Positions 39,301-50,300 of a DNA stretch of 64,000 nt are shown here, one piece after another (position 1 is the stretch's first letter; each line of letters opens with the position of its first letter). The translations under genes and the position numbers were made by a program. The notes below the pieces were generated by a model that saw only the letters and a program-made list of their open reading frames with translations, searched no databases and was not told the origin of the DNA. The DNA is taken from the NCBI GenBank assembly GCA_964016885.1, contig OZ024741.1, positions 255,130,001-255,194,000 on the forward strand, read 5' to 3'. The stretch is from Eledone cirrhosa. Taxonomy: Eukaryota.

Positions 39301-42300
39301 GTTGCTGTTTTCTGTGCCAGTGTTGTTGTAGTTGTTGCTGTTTTCTGTGTCAGTGCCGGTGTTGTTGTTGTTGCTGTTTTCTCTGTCAGCGCCAGTGTTG
39401 TTGTTGTTGCTGTTTTCTCTGTCAGTGCCAGTGTTGTTGTTGTTGCTGTTTTCTGTGTCAGTGCCAGTGTTGTTGTAGTTGTTGCTGTTTTCTGTGTCAG
39501 TGCCAGTGTTGTTGTAGTTGTTGCTGTTTTCTCTGTCAGTGCCAGTGTTGTTGTAGTTGTTGCTGTTTTCTCTGTCAGTGCCAGTGTTGTTGTAGTTGTT
39601 GATGTTTTCTGTGTCAATGCCAGTGTTGTTGTTGTTGCTGTTTTCTCTGTCAGTGCCAGTGTTGTAGTTGTTGCTGTTTTCTCTGTCAGTGCCAGTGTTG
39701 TTGTAGTTGTTGCTGTTTTCTGTGTCAGTGCCAGTGTTGTTGCTGTTGTTGCTGTTTTCTGTGTCAGTGCCAGTGTTGTTGTTGTTGCTGTTTTCTCTGT
39801 CAGTGCCAGTGTTTTTGTTGTTGCTGTTTTCTGTGTCAGTGCCAGTGTTGTTATAGTTGTTGCTGTTTTCTCTGTCAGTGCCAGTGTTGTTGTAGTTGTT
39901 GCTGTTTTCTCTGTCAGTGCCAGTGTTTTTGTAGTTGTTGCTGTTTTCTGTGTCAGTGCCAGTGTTGTTGTTGTTGCTGTTTTCTCTGTCAGTGCCAGTG
40001 TTGTTGTTGCTGTTTTCTCTGTCAGTGCCAATGTTGTTGTAGTTATTGCTGTTTTCTGTGTCAGTGCCACTGTTGTTGTTGCTGTTTTCTGTGTCGGTGC
40101 CAGTGTTGTTGTTGTTGTTGCTGTTTTCTCTGTCAGTGCCAGTGTTGTTGTTGTTGTTTTCTCTGTCAGTGCCAATGTTGTTGTAGTTGTTGCTGTTTTC
40201 TGTGTCAGTGCCAGTGTTGTTGTTGTTGCTGTTTTCTCTGTCAGTGCCAGTGATGTTGTAGTTGTTGCTGTTTTCTGTGTTAGTGCCAGTGTTGTTGTAG
40301 TTGTTGCTGTTTTCTGTGTCAGTGCCAGTGTTGTTGCTGTTGCTGTTTTCTCTGTCAGTGCCAGTGTTGTTGTAGTTGTTGCTGCTTTCTCTGTCAGTGC
40401 CAGTGTTGTTGTAGTTGTTGCTGTTTTCTGTGACAGTGCGAGTGTTGTTGTTGTTGCTGTTTTCTCTGTCAGTGCCAGTGTTGTTGTAGTTGTTGCTGTT
40501 TTCTGTGTCAGTGCCACTGTTGTTGATGCTGTTTTCTCTGTCAGTGCCAGTGTTGTTGTAGTTTTTGCTGTTTTCTGTGCAGTGCCAGTGTTGTTGTTGT
40601 TGCTGTTTTCTCTGTCAGTGCCAGTGTTGTTGCTGTTGCTATTTTCACTGTCAGTGCCAGTGTTGTTGTTGTTGCCGTTTTCTGTGTCAGTGTCAGTGTT
40701 GTTGTTGTTGCTGTTTTCTTTGTCAGTGCCAGTGTTGTTGTTGTTACTGTTGCTGTTTTCTGTGTCAGTTCCAGTGTTGCTGTTGCTGTTTTCTGTGCCA
40801 GTGCCAGTGTTATTGTTGTTGTTGTTGCTGTTTTCTGTGTCAGTGCCACGGTTGTTGTTGCTGTTGTTGCTGTTTTCTGTGTCAGTGCCAGTGTTGTTGT
40901 TGCTGTTTTCTGTGTCAGTGCCAGTGTTGTTGTTGCTGTTGTTGCTGTTTTCTGTGCCAGTGTTGTTGTAGTTGTTGCTGTTTTCTGTGTCAGTGCCGGT
41001 GTTGTTGTTGTTGCTATTTTCTCTGTCAGTGCCAGTGTTGTTGTTGTTGCTGTTTTCTGTGTCATTGCCAGTGTTTTCTCTGTCAGTGCCAGTGTTGTAG
41101 TTGTTGCTGTTTTCTCTGTCAGTGCCAGTGTTGTTGTAGTTGTTGCTGTTTTCTGTGTCAGTGCCAGTGTTGTTGCTGTTGTTGCTGTTTTCTGTGTCAG
41201 TGCCAGTGTTGTTGTTGTTGCTGTTTTCTCTGTCAGTGCCAGTGTTTTTGTTGTTGCTGTTTTCTGTGTCAGTGCCAGTGTTGTTCTAGCTGTTGCTGTT
41301 TTCTGTGTCAGTGCCAGTGTTGTTATAGTTGTTGCTGTTTTCTCTGTCAGTGCCAGTGTTGTTGTAGTTGTTGCTGTTTTCTCTGTCAGTGCCAGTGTTT
41401 TTGTAGTTGTTGCTGTTTTCTGTGTCAGTGCCAGTGTTGTTGTTGTTGCTGTTTTCTCTGTCAGTGCCAGTGTTGTTGTTGCTGTTTTCTCTGTCAGTGC
41501 CAATGTTGTTGTAGTTATTGCTGTTTTCTGTGTCAGTGCCACTGTTGTTGTTGCTGTTTTCTGTGTCGGTGCCAGTGTTGTTGTTGTTGCTGTTTTCTCT
41601 GTCAGTGCCAGTGTTGTTGTTGCTGTTTTCTCTGTCAGTGCCAATGTTGTTGTAGTTGTTGCTGTTTTCTGTGTCAGTGCCAGTGTTGTTTTTGTTGCTG
41701 TTTTCTCTGTCAGTGCCAGTGATGTTGTAGTTGTTGCTGTTTTCTGTGTTAGTGCCAGTGTTGTTGTAGTTGTTGCTGTTTTCTGTGTCAGTGCCAGTGT
41801 TGTTGCTGTTGCTGTTTTCTCTGTCAGTGCCAGTGTTGTTGTAGTTGTTGCTGCTTTCTCTGACAGTGCCAGTGTTGTTGTAGTTGTTGCTGTTTTCTGT
41901 GTCAGTGCCAGTGTTGTTGTTGTTGCTGTTTTCTCTGTCAGTGCCAGTGTTGTTGTTGTTGCTGTTTTCTCTGTCAGTGCCAGTGTTGTAGTTTTTGCTG
42001 TTTTCTCTGTCAGTGCCAGTGTTGTTGTAGTTGTTGCTGTTTTCTCTGTCAGTGCCAGTGTTGTTGTTGTTGTTGCTGTTTTCTCTGTCAGTGCCAGTGT
42101 TGTAGTTGTTGCTGTTTTCTCTGTCAGTGCCAGTGTTGTTGTAGTTGTTGCTGTTTTCTGTGTCAGTGCCAGTGTTGTTGTTGTTGCTATTTTCACTGTC
42201 AGTGCCAGTGTTGTTGCTGTTGCTGTTTTCTCTGTCAGTGCCAGTGATGTTGTAGTTGTTGCTGTTTTCTGTGTTAGTGCCAGTGTTGTTGTAGTTGTTG

Positions 42301-45300
42301 CTGTTTTCTGTGTCAGTGCCAGTGTTGTTGTTGTTGCTGTTTTCTGTGTCAGTGCTAGTGTTGTTGTTGTTGCTATTTTCACTGTCAGTGCCAGTGTTGT
42401 TGCTGTTGCTGTTTTCTCTGTCAGTGCCAGTGATGTTGTAGTTGTTGCTGTTTTCTGTGTTAGTGCCAGTGTTGTTGTAGTTGTTGCTGTTTTCTGTGTC
42501 AGTGCCAGTGTTGTTGCTGTTGCTGTTTTCTCTGTCAGTGCCAGTGTTGTTGTAGTTGTTGCTGCTTTCTCTGTCAGTGCCAGTGTTGTTGTAGTTGTTT
42601 CTGTTTTCTGTGTCAGTGCCAGTGTTGTTGTTGTTGCTGTTTTCTCTGTCAGTGCCAGTGTTGTTGTAGTTGTTGCTGTTTTCTGTGTCAGTGCCACTGT
42701 TGTTGTTGCTGTTTTCTGTGTCTGTGCCAGTGTTGTTGTTGTTGCTGTTTTCTCTGTCAGTGCCAGTGTTGTTGTTGCTGTTTTCTCTGTCAGTGCCAGT
42801 GTTGTTGTTGTTGCTGTTTTCTGTGTCAGTGCCAGTGTTGTTGTAGTTGTTGCTGTTTTCTGTGTCAGTGCCAGTGTTGTTGTAGTTGTTACTGTTTTCT
42901 CTGTCAGTGCCAGTGTTGTTGTAGTTGTTGCTGTTTTCTCTGTCAGTGCCATTGTTGTTGTAGTTGTTGCTGTTTTCTGTGTCAGTGTCAGTGTTTTTGT
43001 TGTTGCTGTTTTCTCTGTCAGTGCCAGTGTTGTTGTTGTTGCTGTTTTCTGTGTCAGTGCCAGTGTTGTTGTTGCTATTTTCACTGTCAGTGCCAGTGTT
43101 GTTGTAGTTGTTGCTGTTTTCTGTGTCAGTGCCAGTGTTGTTGTTGTTGCTGTTTTCTCTGTCAGTGCCAGTGTTGTTGTAGTTGTTGCTGTTTACTGTG
43201 TCAGTGCCATTGTTGTTGTAGTTGTTGCTGTTTTCTCTGTTAGTGCCAGTGTTGTTGTAGTTGTTGCTGTTTTCTCTGTCAGTGCCAGTGTTGTTGTAGT
43301 TGTTGCTGTTTTCTCTGTCAGTGCCAGTGTTGTTGTAGTTGTTGCTGTTTTTTGTGTCAGTGCCAGTGTTGTTGTAGTTGTTGCTGTTTTTTCTGTCAGT
43401 GCCAGTGTTGTTGTTGTTGTTGCTGTTTTCTCTGTCAGTGCCAGTGTTGTAGTTGTTGCTGTTTTCTCTGTCAGTGCCAGTGTTGTTGTAGTTGTTGCTG
43501 TTTTCTGTGTCAGTGCAAGTGTTGTTGTTGTTGCTGTTTTCTGTGTCAGTGCCAGTGTTGTTGTTGTTGCTATTTTCACTGTCAGTGCCAGTGTTGTTGC
43601 TGTTGCTGTTTTCTCTGTCAGTGCCAGTGATGTTGTAGTTGTTGCTGTTTTCTGTGTTAGTGCCAGTGTTGTTGTAGTTGTTGCTGTTTTCTGTGTCAGT
43701 GCCAGTGTTGTTGCTGTTGCTGTTTTCTCTGTCAGTGCCAGTGTTGTTGTAGTTGTTGCTGCTTTCTCTGTCAGTGCCAGTGTTGTTGTAGTTGTTGCTG
43801 TTTTCTGTGTCAGTGCCAGTGTTGTTGTTGTTGCTGTTTTCTCTGTCAGTGCCAGTGTTGTTGTAGTTGTTGCTGTTTTCTGTGTCAGTGCCACTGTTGT
43901 TGTTGCTGTTTTCTCTGTCAGTGCCAGTGTTGTTGTAGTTTTTGCTGTTTTCTGTGTCAGTGCCAGTGTTGTTGTTGTTGCTGTTTTCTCTGTCAGTGCC
44001 AGTGTTGTTGCTGTTGCTATTTTCACTGTTAGTGCCAGTGTTGTTGTTGTTGCTGTTTTCTGTGTCAGTGCCAGTGTTGTTGTTGTTGCTGTTTTCTTTG
44101 TCAGGGCCAGTGTTGTTGTTGTTACTGTTGCTGTTTTCTGTGTCAGTTCCAGTGTTGCTGTTGCTGTTTTCTGTGCCAGTGCCAGTGTTATTGTTGCTGT
44201 TGTTGCTGTTTTCTGTGTCAGTGCCACGGTTGTTGTTGCTGTTGTTGCTGTTTTCTGTGTCAGTGCCAGTGTTGTTGTTGGTGTTTTCTGTGTCAGTGCC
44301 AGTGTTGTTGTTGCTGTTTTCTGTGCCAGTGTTGTTGTAGTTGTTGCTGTTTTCTGTGTCAGTGCCGGTGTTGTTGTTGTTGCTGTTTTCTCTGTCAGCG
44401 CCAGTGTTGTTGTTGTTGCTGTTTTCTCTGTCAGTGCCAGTGTTGTTGTTGTTGCTGTTTTCTGTGTCAGTGCCAGTGTTGTTGTAGTTGTTGCTGTTTT
44501 CTGTGTCAGTGCCAGTGTTGTTGTAGTTGTTGCTGTTTTCTGTGTCAGTGCCAGTGTTGTTGTAGTTGTTGCTGTTTTCTCTGTCAGTGCCAGTGTTGTT
44601 GTAGTTGTTGCTGTTTTCTCTGTCAGTGCCAGTGTTGTTGTAGTTGTTGATGTTTTCTGTGTCAATGCCAGTGTTGTTGTTGTTGCTGTTTTCTCTGTCA
44701 GTGCCAGTGTTGTAGTTGTTGCTGTTTTCTCTGTCAGTGCCAGTGTTGTTGTAGTTGTTGCTGTTTTCTGTGTCAGTGCCAGTGTTGTTGCTGTTGTTGC
44801 TGTTTTCTGTGTCAGTGCCAGTGTTGTTGTTGTTGCTGTTTTCTCTGTCAGTGCCAGTGTTGTTGTAGTTATTGCTGTTTTCTGTGTCAGTGCCACTGTT
44901 GTTGTTGCTGTTTTCTGTGTCGGTGACAGTGTTGTTGTTGTTGCTGTTTTCTCTGTCAGTGCCAGTGTTGTTGTTGCTGTTATCTCTGTCAGTGCCAGTG
45001 TTGTTGTTGCTGTTTTCTGTGTCAGTGCCATTGTTATTGATGTTGTTGCTGTTTTCTCTGTCAGTGCCAGTGTTGTTGTTGCTGTTGTTGCTGTTGCTGT
45101 TTTCTCTGTCAGTGCCAGTGTTGTTGTAGTTTTTGCTGTTTTCTCTGTCAGTGCCAGTGTTGTAGTTGTTGCTGTTTTCTGTGTCAGTGCCAGTGTTGTT
45201 GCTGTTGCTGTTTTCTCTGTCAGTGCCAGTGTTGTTGTAGTTGTTGTTGCTGTTTTCTCTCTCAGTGCCAGTGTTGTTGTAGTTGTTGCTGTTTTCTGTG

Positions 45301-47300
45301 TCAGTGCCGGTGTTGTTGTTGTTGCTGTTTTCTCTGTCAATGCCAGTGTTGTTGTTGTTGCTGTTTTCTCTGTCAGTGCCAGTGTTGTTGTTGTTGCTGT
45401 TTTCTGTGTCAGTGCCAGTGTTGTTGTTGTTGCTGTTTTCTGTGTCAGTGCCAGTGTTGTTGTAGTTGTTGCTGTTTTCTGTGCCAGTGCCAGTGTTGTT
45501 GTAGTTGTTGCTGTTTTCTGTGTCAGTGCCAGTGTTGTTGTAGTTGTTGCTGTTTTCTCTGTCAGTGCCAGTGTTGTTGTAGTTGTTGCTGTTTTCTGTG
45601 TCAGTGCCAGTGTTGTTGTTGTTGCTGTTTTCTCTGTCAGTGCCAGTGTTGTTGTTGCTGTTTTCTGTGCCAGTGTTGTTGTAGTTGTTGCTGTTTTCTG
45701 TGTCAGTGCCGGTGTTGTTGTTGTTGCTGTTTTCTCTGTCAGCGCCAGTGTTGTTGTTGTTGCTGTTTTCTCTGTCAGTGCCAGTGTTGTTGTTGCTGTT
45801 TTCTGTGTCAGTGCCAGTGTTGTTGTAGTTGTTGCTGTTTTCTGTGTCAGTGCCAGTGTTGTTGTAGTTGTTGCTGTTTTCTCTGTCAGTGCCAGTGTTG
45901 TTGTAGTTGTTGCTGTTTTCTCTGTCAGTGCCAGTGTTGTTGTAGTTGTTGATGTTTTCTGTGTCAATGCCAGTGTTGTTGTTGTTGCTGTTTTCTCTGT
46001 CAGTGCCAGTGTTGTAGTTGTTGCTGTTTTCTCTGTCAGTGCCAGTGTTGTTGTAGTTGTTGCTGTTTTCTGTGTCAGTGCCAGTGTTGTTGCTGTTGTT
46101 GCTGTTTTCTGTGTCAGTGCCAGTGTTGTTGTTGTTGCTGTTTTCTCTGTCAGTGCCAGTGTTTTTGTTGTTGCTGTTTTCTGTGTCAGTGCCAGTGTTG
46201 TTATAGTTGTTGCTGTTTTCTCTGTCAGTGCCAGTGTTGTTGTAGTTGTTGCTGTTTTCTCTGTCAGTGCCAGTGTTTTTGTAGTTGTTGCTGTTTTCTG
46301 TGTCAGTGCCAGTGTTGTTGTTGTTGCTGTTTTCTCTGTCAGTGCCAGTGTTGTTGTTGCTGTTTTCTCTGTCAGTGCCAATGTTGTTGTAGTTATTGCT
46401 GTTTTCTGTGTCAGTGCCACTGTTGTTGTTGCTGTTTTCTGTGTCGGTGCCAGTGTTGTTGTTGTTGTTGCTGTTTTCTCTGTCAGTGCCAGTGTTGTTG
46501 TTGCTGTTTTCTCTGTCAGTGCCAATGTTGTTGTAGTTGTTGCTGTTTTCTGTGTCAGTGCCAGTGTTGTTGTTGTTGCTGTTTTCTCTGTCAGTGCCAG
46601 TGATGTTGTAGTTGTTGCTGTTTTCTGTGTTAGTGCCAGTGTTGTTGTAGTTGTTGCTGTTTTCTGTGTCAGTGCCAGTGTTGTTGCTGTTGCTGTTTTC
46701 TCTGTCAGTGCCAGTGTTGTTGTAGTTGTTGCTGCTTTCTCTGTCAGTGCCAGTGTTGTTGTAGTTGTTGCTGTTTTCTGTGACAGTGCGAGTGTTGTTG
46801 TTGTTGCTGTTTTCTCTGTCAGTGCCAGTGTTGTTGTAGTTGTTGCTGTTTTCTGTGTCAGTGCCACTGTTGTTGATGCTGTTTTCTCTGTCAGTGCCAG
46901 TGTTGTTGTAGTTTTTGCTGTTTTCTGTGCAGTGCCAGTGTTGTTGTTGTTGCTGTTTTCTCTGTCAGTGCCAGTGTTGTTGCTGTTGCTATTTTCACTG
47001 TCAGTGCCAGTGTTGTTGTTGTTGCCGTTTTCTGTGTCAGTGTCAGTGTTGTTGTTGTTGCTGTTTTCTTTGTCAGTGCCAGTGTTGTTGTTGTTACTGT
47101 TGCTGTTTTCTGTGTCAGTTCCAGTGTTGCTGTTGCTGTTTTCTGTGCCAGTGCCAGTGTTATTGTTGTTGTTGTTGCTGTTTTCTGTGTCAGTGCCACG
47201 GTTGTTGTTGCTGTTGTTGCTGTTTTCTGTGTCAGTGCCAGTGTTGTTGTTGCTGTTTTTTGTGTCAGTGCCAGTGTTGTTGTTGCTGTTGTTGCTGTTT
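33357..47300. repeat. Family of kb-scale duplicated blocks (offsets 1,703; 3,191; 4,894; ~6,350) all carrying the same 1-bp deletion
   Basis: TTCTGTGCAGT (GTC>GC) at 35686, 37389, 40580 and 46930, each preceded by GACAGTGCGAGT and GTTGATGCT. ORF triplets 33625/38519/44872 and 34036/38930/45283 are identical. Confidence 0.88.
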
Positions 47301-50300
47301 TCCGTGCCAGTGTTGTTGTAGTTGTTGCTGTTTTCTCTGTCAGTGCCAGTGTTTTTGTTGCTGTTTTCTCTGTCAGTGCCAGTGTTGTTGTAGTTGTTGC
47401 TGTTTTCTCTGACAGTGCCAGTGTTGTTGTTGCTGTTTTCTGTGTCAGTGCCAGTGTTGTTGTTGTTGCTGTTTTCTCTGTCAGTGCCAGTGTTGTTGTT
47501 GCTGTTTTCTCTGTCAGTGCCAGTGTTGTTGTTGTTGCTGTTTTCTGTGTCAGCGCCAGTGTTGTTGTAGTTGTTGCTGTTTTCTGTGCCAGTGCCAGTG
47601 TTGTTGTAGTTGTTGCTGTTTTCTGTGTCACTGCCAGTGTTGTTGTAGTTGTTGCTGTTTTCTCTGTGAGTGCCAGTGTTGTTGTAGTTGTTGCTGTTTT
47701 CTCTGTCAGTGCCAGTGTTGTTGTAGTTGCTGTTTTCTGTGTCAGTGCCAGTGTTGTTGTTGTTGCTGTTTTCTCTGTCAGTGCCAGTGTTGTTGTAGTT
47801 GTTGCTGTTTTTTGTGCCAGTGCCAGTGTTATTGTTGCTGTTGTTGCAGTTTTGTCTGTCAGTGCCAGTGTTGTAGTTGTTGCTGTTTTCTCTGTCAGTG
47901 CCAGTGTTGTTGTAGTTGTTGCTGTTTTCTCTGTCAGTGCCAGTGTTGTTGTAGTTGTTGCTGTTTTCTGTGTCAATGCCAGTGTTGTTGTTGTTGCTGT
48001 TTTCTCTGTCAGTGCCAGTGTTGTTGTTGTTGCTGTTTTCTCTGTCAGTGCCAGTGTTCTTGTTGTTGCTGTTTTCTCTGTCAGTGCCAGTGTTGTTGTA
48101 GTTGTTGCTGTTTTCTGTGTCAGTGCCAGTGTTGTTGTAGTTGTTGCTGTTTTCTCTGTCAGTGCCAGTGTTGTTGTAGTTGTTGCTGTTTTCTCTGTCA
48201 GTGCCAGTGTTGTTGTAGTTGTTGCTGTTTTCTGTGTCAGTGCCAGTGTTGTTGTTGTTGCTGTTTTCTCTGTCAGTGCCAGTGTTGTTGTAGTTGTTGC
48301 TGTTTTCTGTGTCAGTGCCAATGTTGTTGTTGCTGTTTTCTGTGTCAGTGCCATTGTTATTGCTGTTGTTGCTGTTTTCTCTGTCAGTGCCAGTGTTGAT
48401 GTTGCTGTTGTTGCTGTGGCTGTTTTCTCTGTCAGTGCCAGTGTTGTTGTAGTTGTTGCTGTTTTCTCTGTCAGTGCCAGTGTTGTAGTTGTTGCTGTTT
48501 TCTGTGTCAGTGCCAGTGTTGTTGTTGTTTCTGTTTTCTCTGTCAGTGCCAGTGTTGTTGTAGTTGTTGCTGTTTTCTCTGTCAGTGCCAGTGTTGTTGT
48601 AGTTGTTGCTGTTTTCTGTGTCAGTGCCGGTGTTGTTGTTGTTGCTGTTTTCTCTGTCAGTGCCAGTGTTGTTGTTGTTGCTGTTTTCTCTGTCAGTGCC
48701 AGTGTTGTTGTAGTTGTTGCTGTTTTCTGTGCCAGTGCCAGTGTTACTGTTGCTGTTGTTGCTGTTTTGTCTGTCAGTGCCAGTGTTGTTGTTGTTGCTG
48801 TTTTCTCTGTCAGTGCCAGTGTTGTTGTTGTTGCTGTTTTCTGTGTCAGTGCCAGTGTTGTTGTAGTAGTTGCTGTTTTCTGTGTCAGTGCCAGTGTTGT
48901 TGTAGTTGTTGCTGTTTTCTCTGTCAGTGCCAGTGTTGTTGTAGTTGTTGCTGTTTTTTGTGTCAGTGCCAGTGTTGTTGTAGTTGTTGCTGTTTTCTCT
49001 GTCAGTGCCAGTGTTGTTGTTGTTGTTGCTGTTTTCTCTGTCAGTGCCAGTGTTGTAGTTGTTGCTGTTTTCTCTGTCAGTGCCAGTGTTGTTGTAGTTG
49101 TTGCTGTTTTCTGTGTCAGTGCAAGTGTTGTTGTTGTTGCTGTTTTCTGTGTCAGTGCCAGTGTTGTTGTTGTTGCTATTTTCACTGTCAGTGCCAGTGT
49201 TGTTGCTGTTGCTGTTTTCTCTGTCAGTGCCAGTGATGTTGTAGTTGTTGCTGTTTTCTGTGTTAGTGTCAGTGTTGTTGTAGTTGTTGCTGTTTTCTGT
49301 GACAGTGCCAGTGTTGTTGTTGTTGCTGTTTTCTCTGTCAGTGCCAGTGTTGTTGTAGTTGTTGCTGTTTTCTGTGTCAGTGCCACTGTTGTTGATGCTG
49401 TTTTCTCTGTCAGTGCCAGTGTTGTTGTAGTTTTTGCTGTTTTCTGTGTCAGTGCCAGTGTTGTTGTTGTTGCTGTTTTCTCTGTCAGTGCCAGTGTTGT
49501 TGCTGTTGCTATTTTCACTGTCAGTGCCAGTGTTGTTGTTGTTGCCGTTTTCTTTGTCAGTGCCAGTGTTGTTGTTGTTACTGTTGCTGTTTTCTGTGCC
49601 AGTTCCAGTGTTGCTGTTGCTGTTTTCTGTGCCAGTGCCAGTGTTATTGTTGCTGTTGTTGCTGTTTTCTGTGTCAGTGCCACGGTTGTTGTTGCTGTTG
49701 TTGCTGTTTTCTGTGTCAGTGCCAGTGTTGTTGTTGCTGTTTTCTGTGTCAGTGCCAGTGTTGTTGTTGCTGTTGTTGCTGTTTTCTGTGCCAGTGTTGT
49801 TGTAGTTGTTGCTGTTTTCTGTGTCAGTGCCGGTGTTGTTGTTGTTGCTGTTTTCTCTGTCAGTGCCAGTGTTGTTGTTGCTGTTTTCTGTGTCATTGCC
49901 AGTGTTGTTGTAGTTGTTGCTGTTTTTTGTGTCAGTGCCAGTGTTGTTGTAGTTGTTGCTGTTTTCTGTGTCAGTGCCAGTGTTGTTGTAGTTGTTGCTG
50001 TTTTCTCTGTCAGTGCCAGTGTTGTTGTAGTTGTTGCTGTTTTCTCTGTCAGTGCCAGTGTTGTTGTAGTTGTTGATGTTTTCTGTGTCAATGCCAGTGT
50101 TGTTGTTGTTGCTGTTTTCTCTGTCAGTGCCAGTGTTGTAGTTGTTGCTGTTTTCTCTGTCAGTGCCAGTGTTGTTGTAGTTGTTGCTGTTTTCTGTGTC
50201 AGTGCCAGTGTTGTTGCTGTTGTTGCTGTTTTCTGTGTCAGTGCCAGTGTTGTTGTTGTTGCTGTTTTCTCTGTCAGTGCCAGTGTTGTTGTAGTTATTG

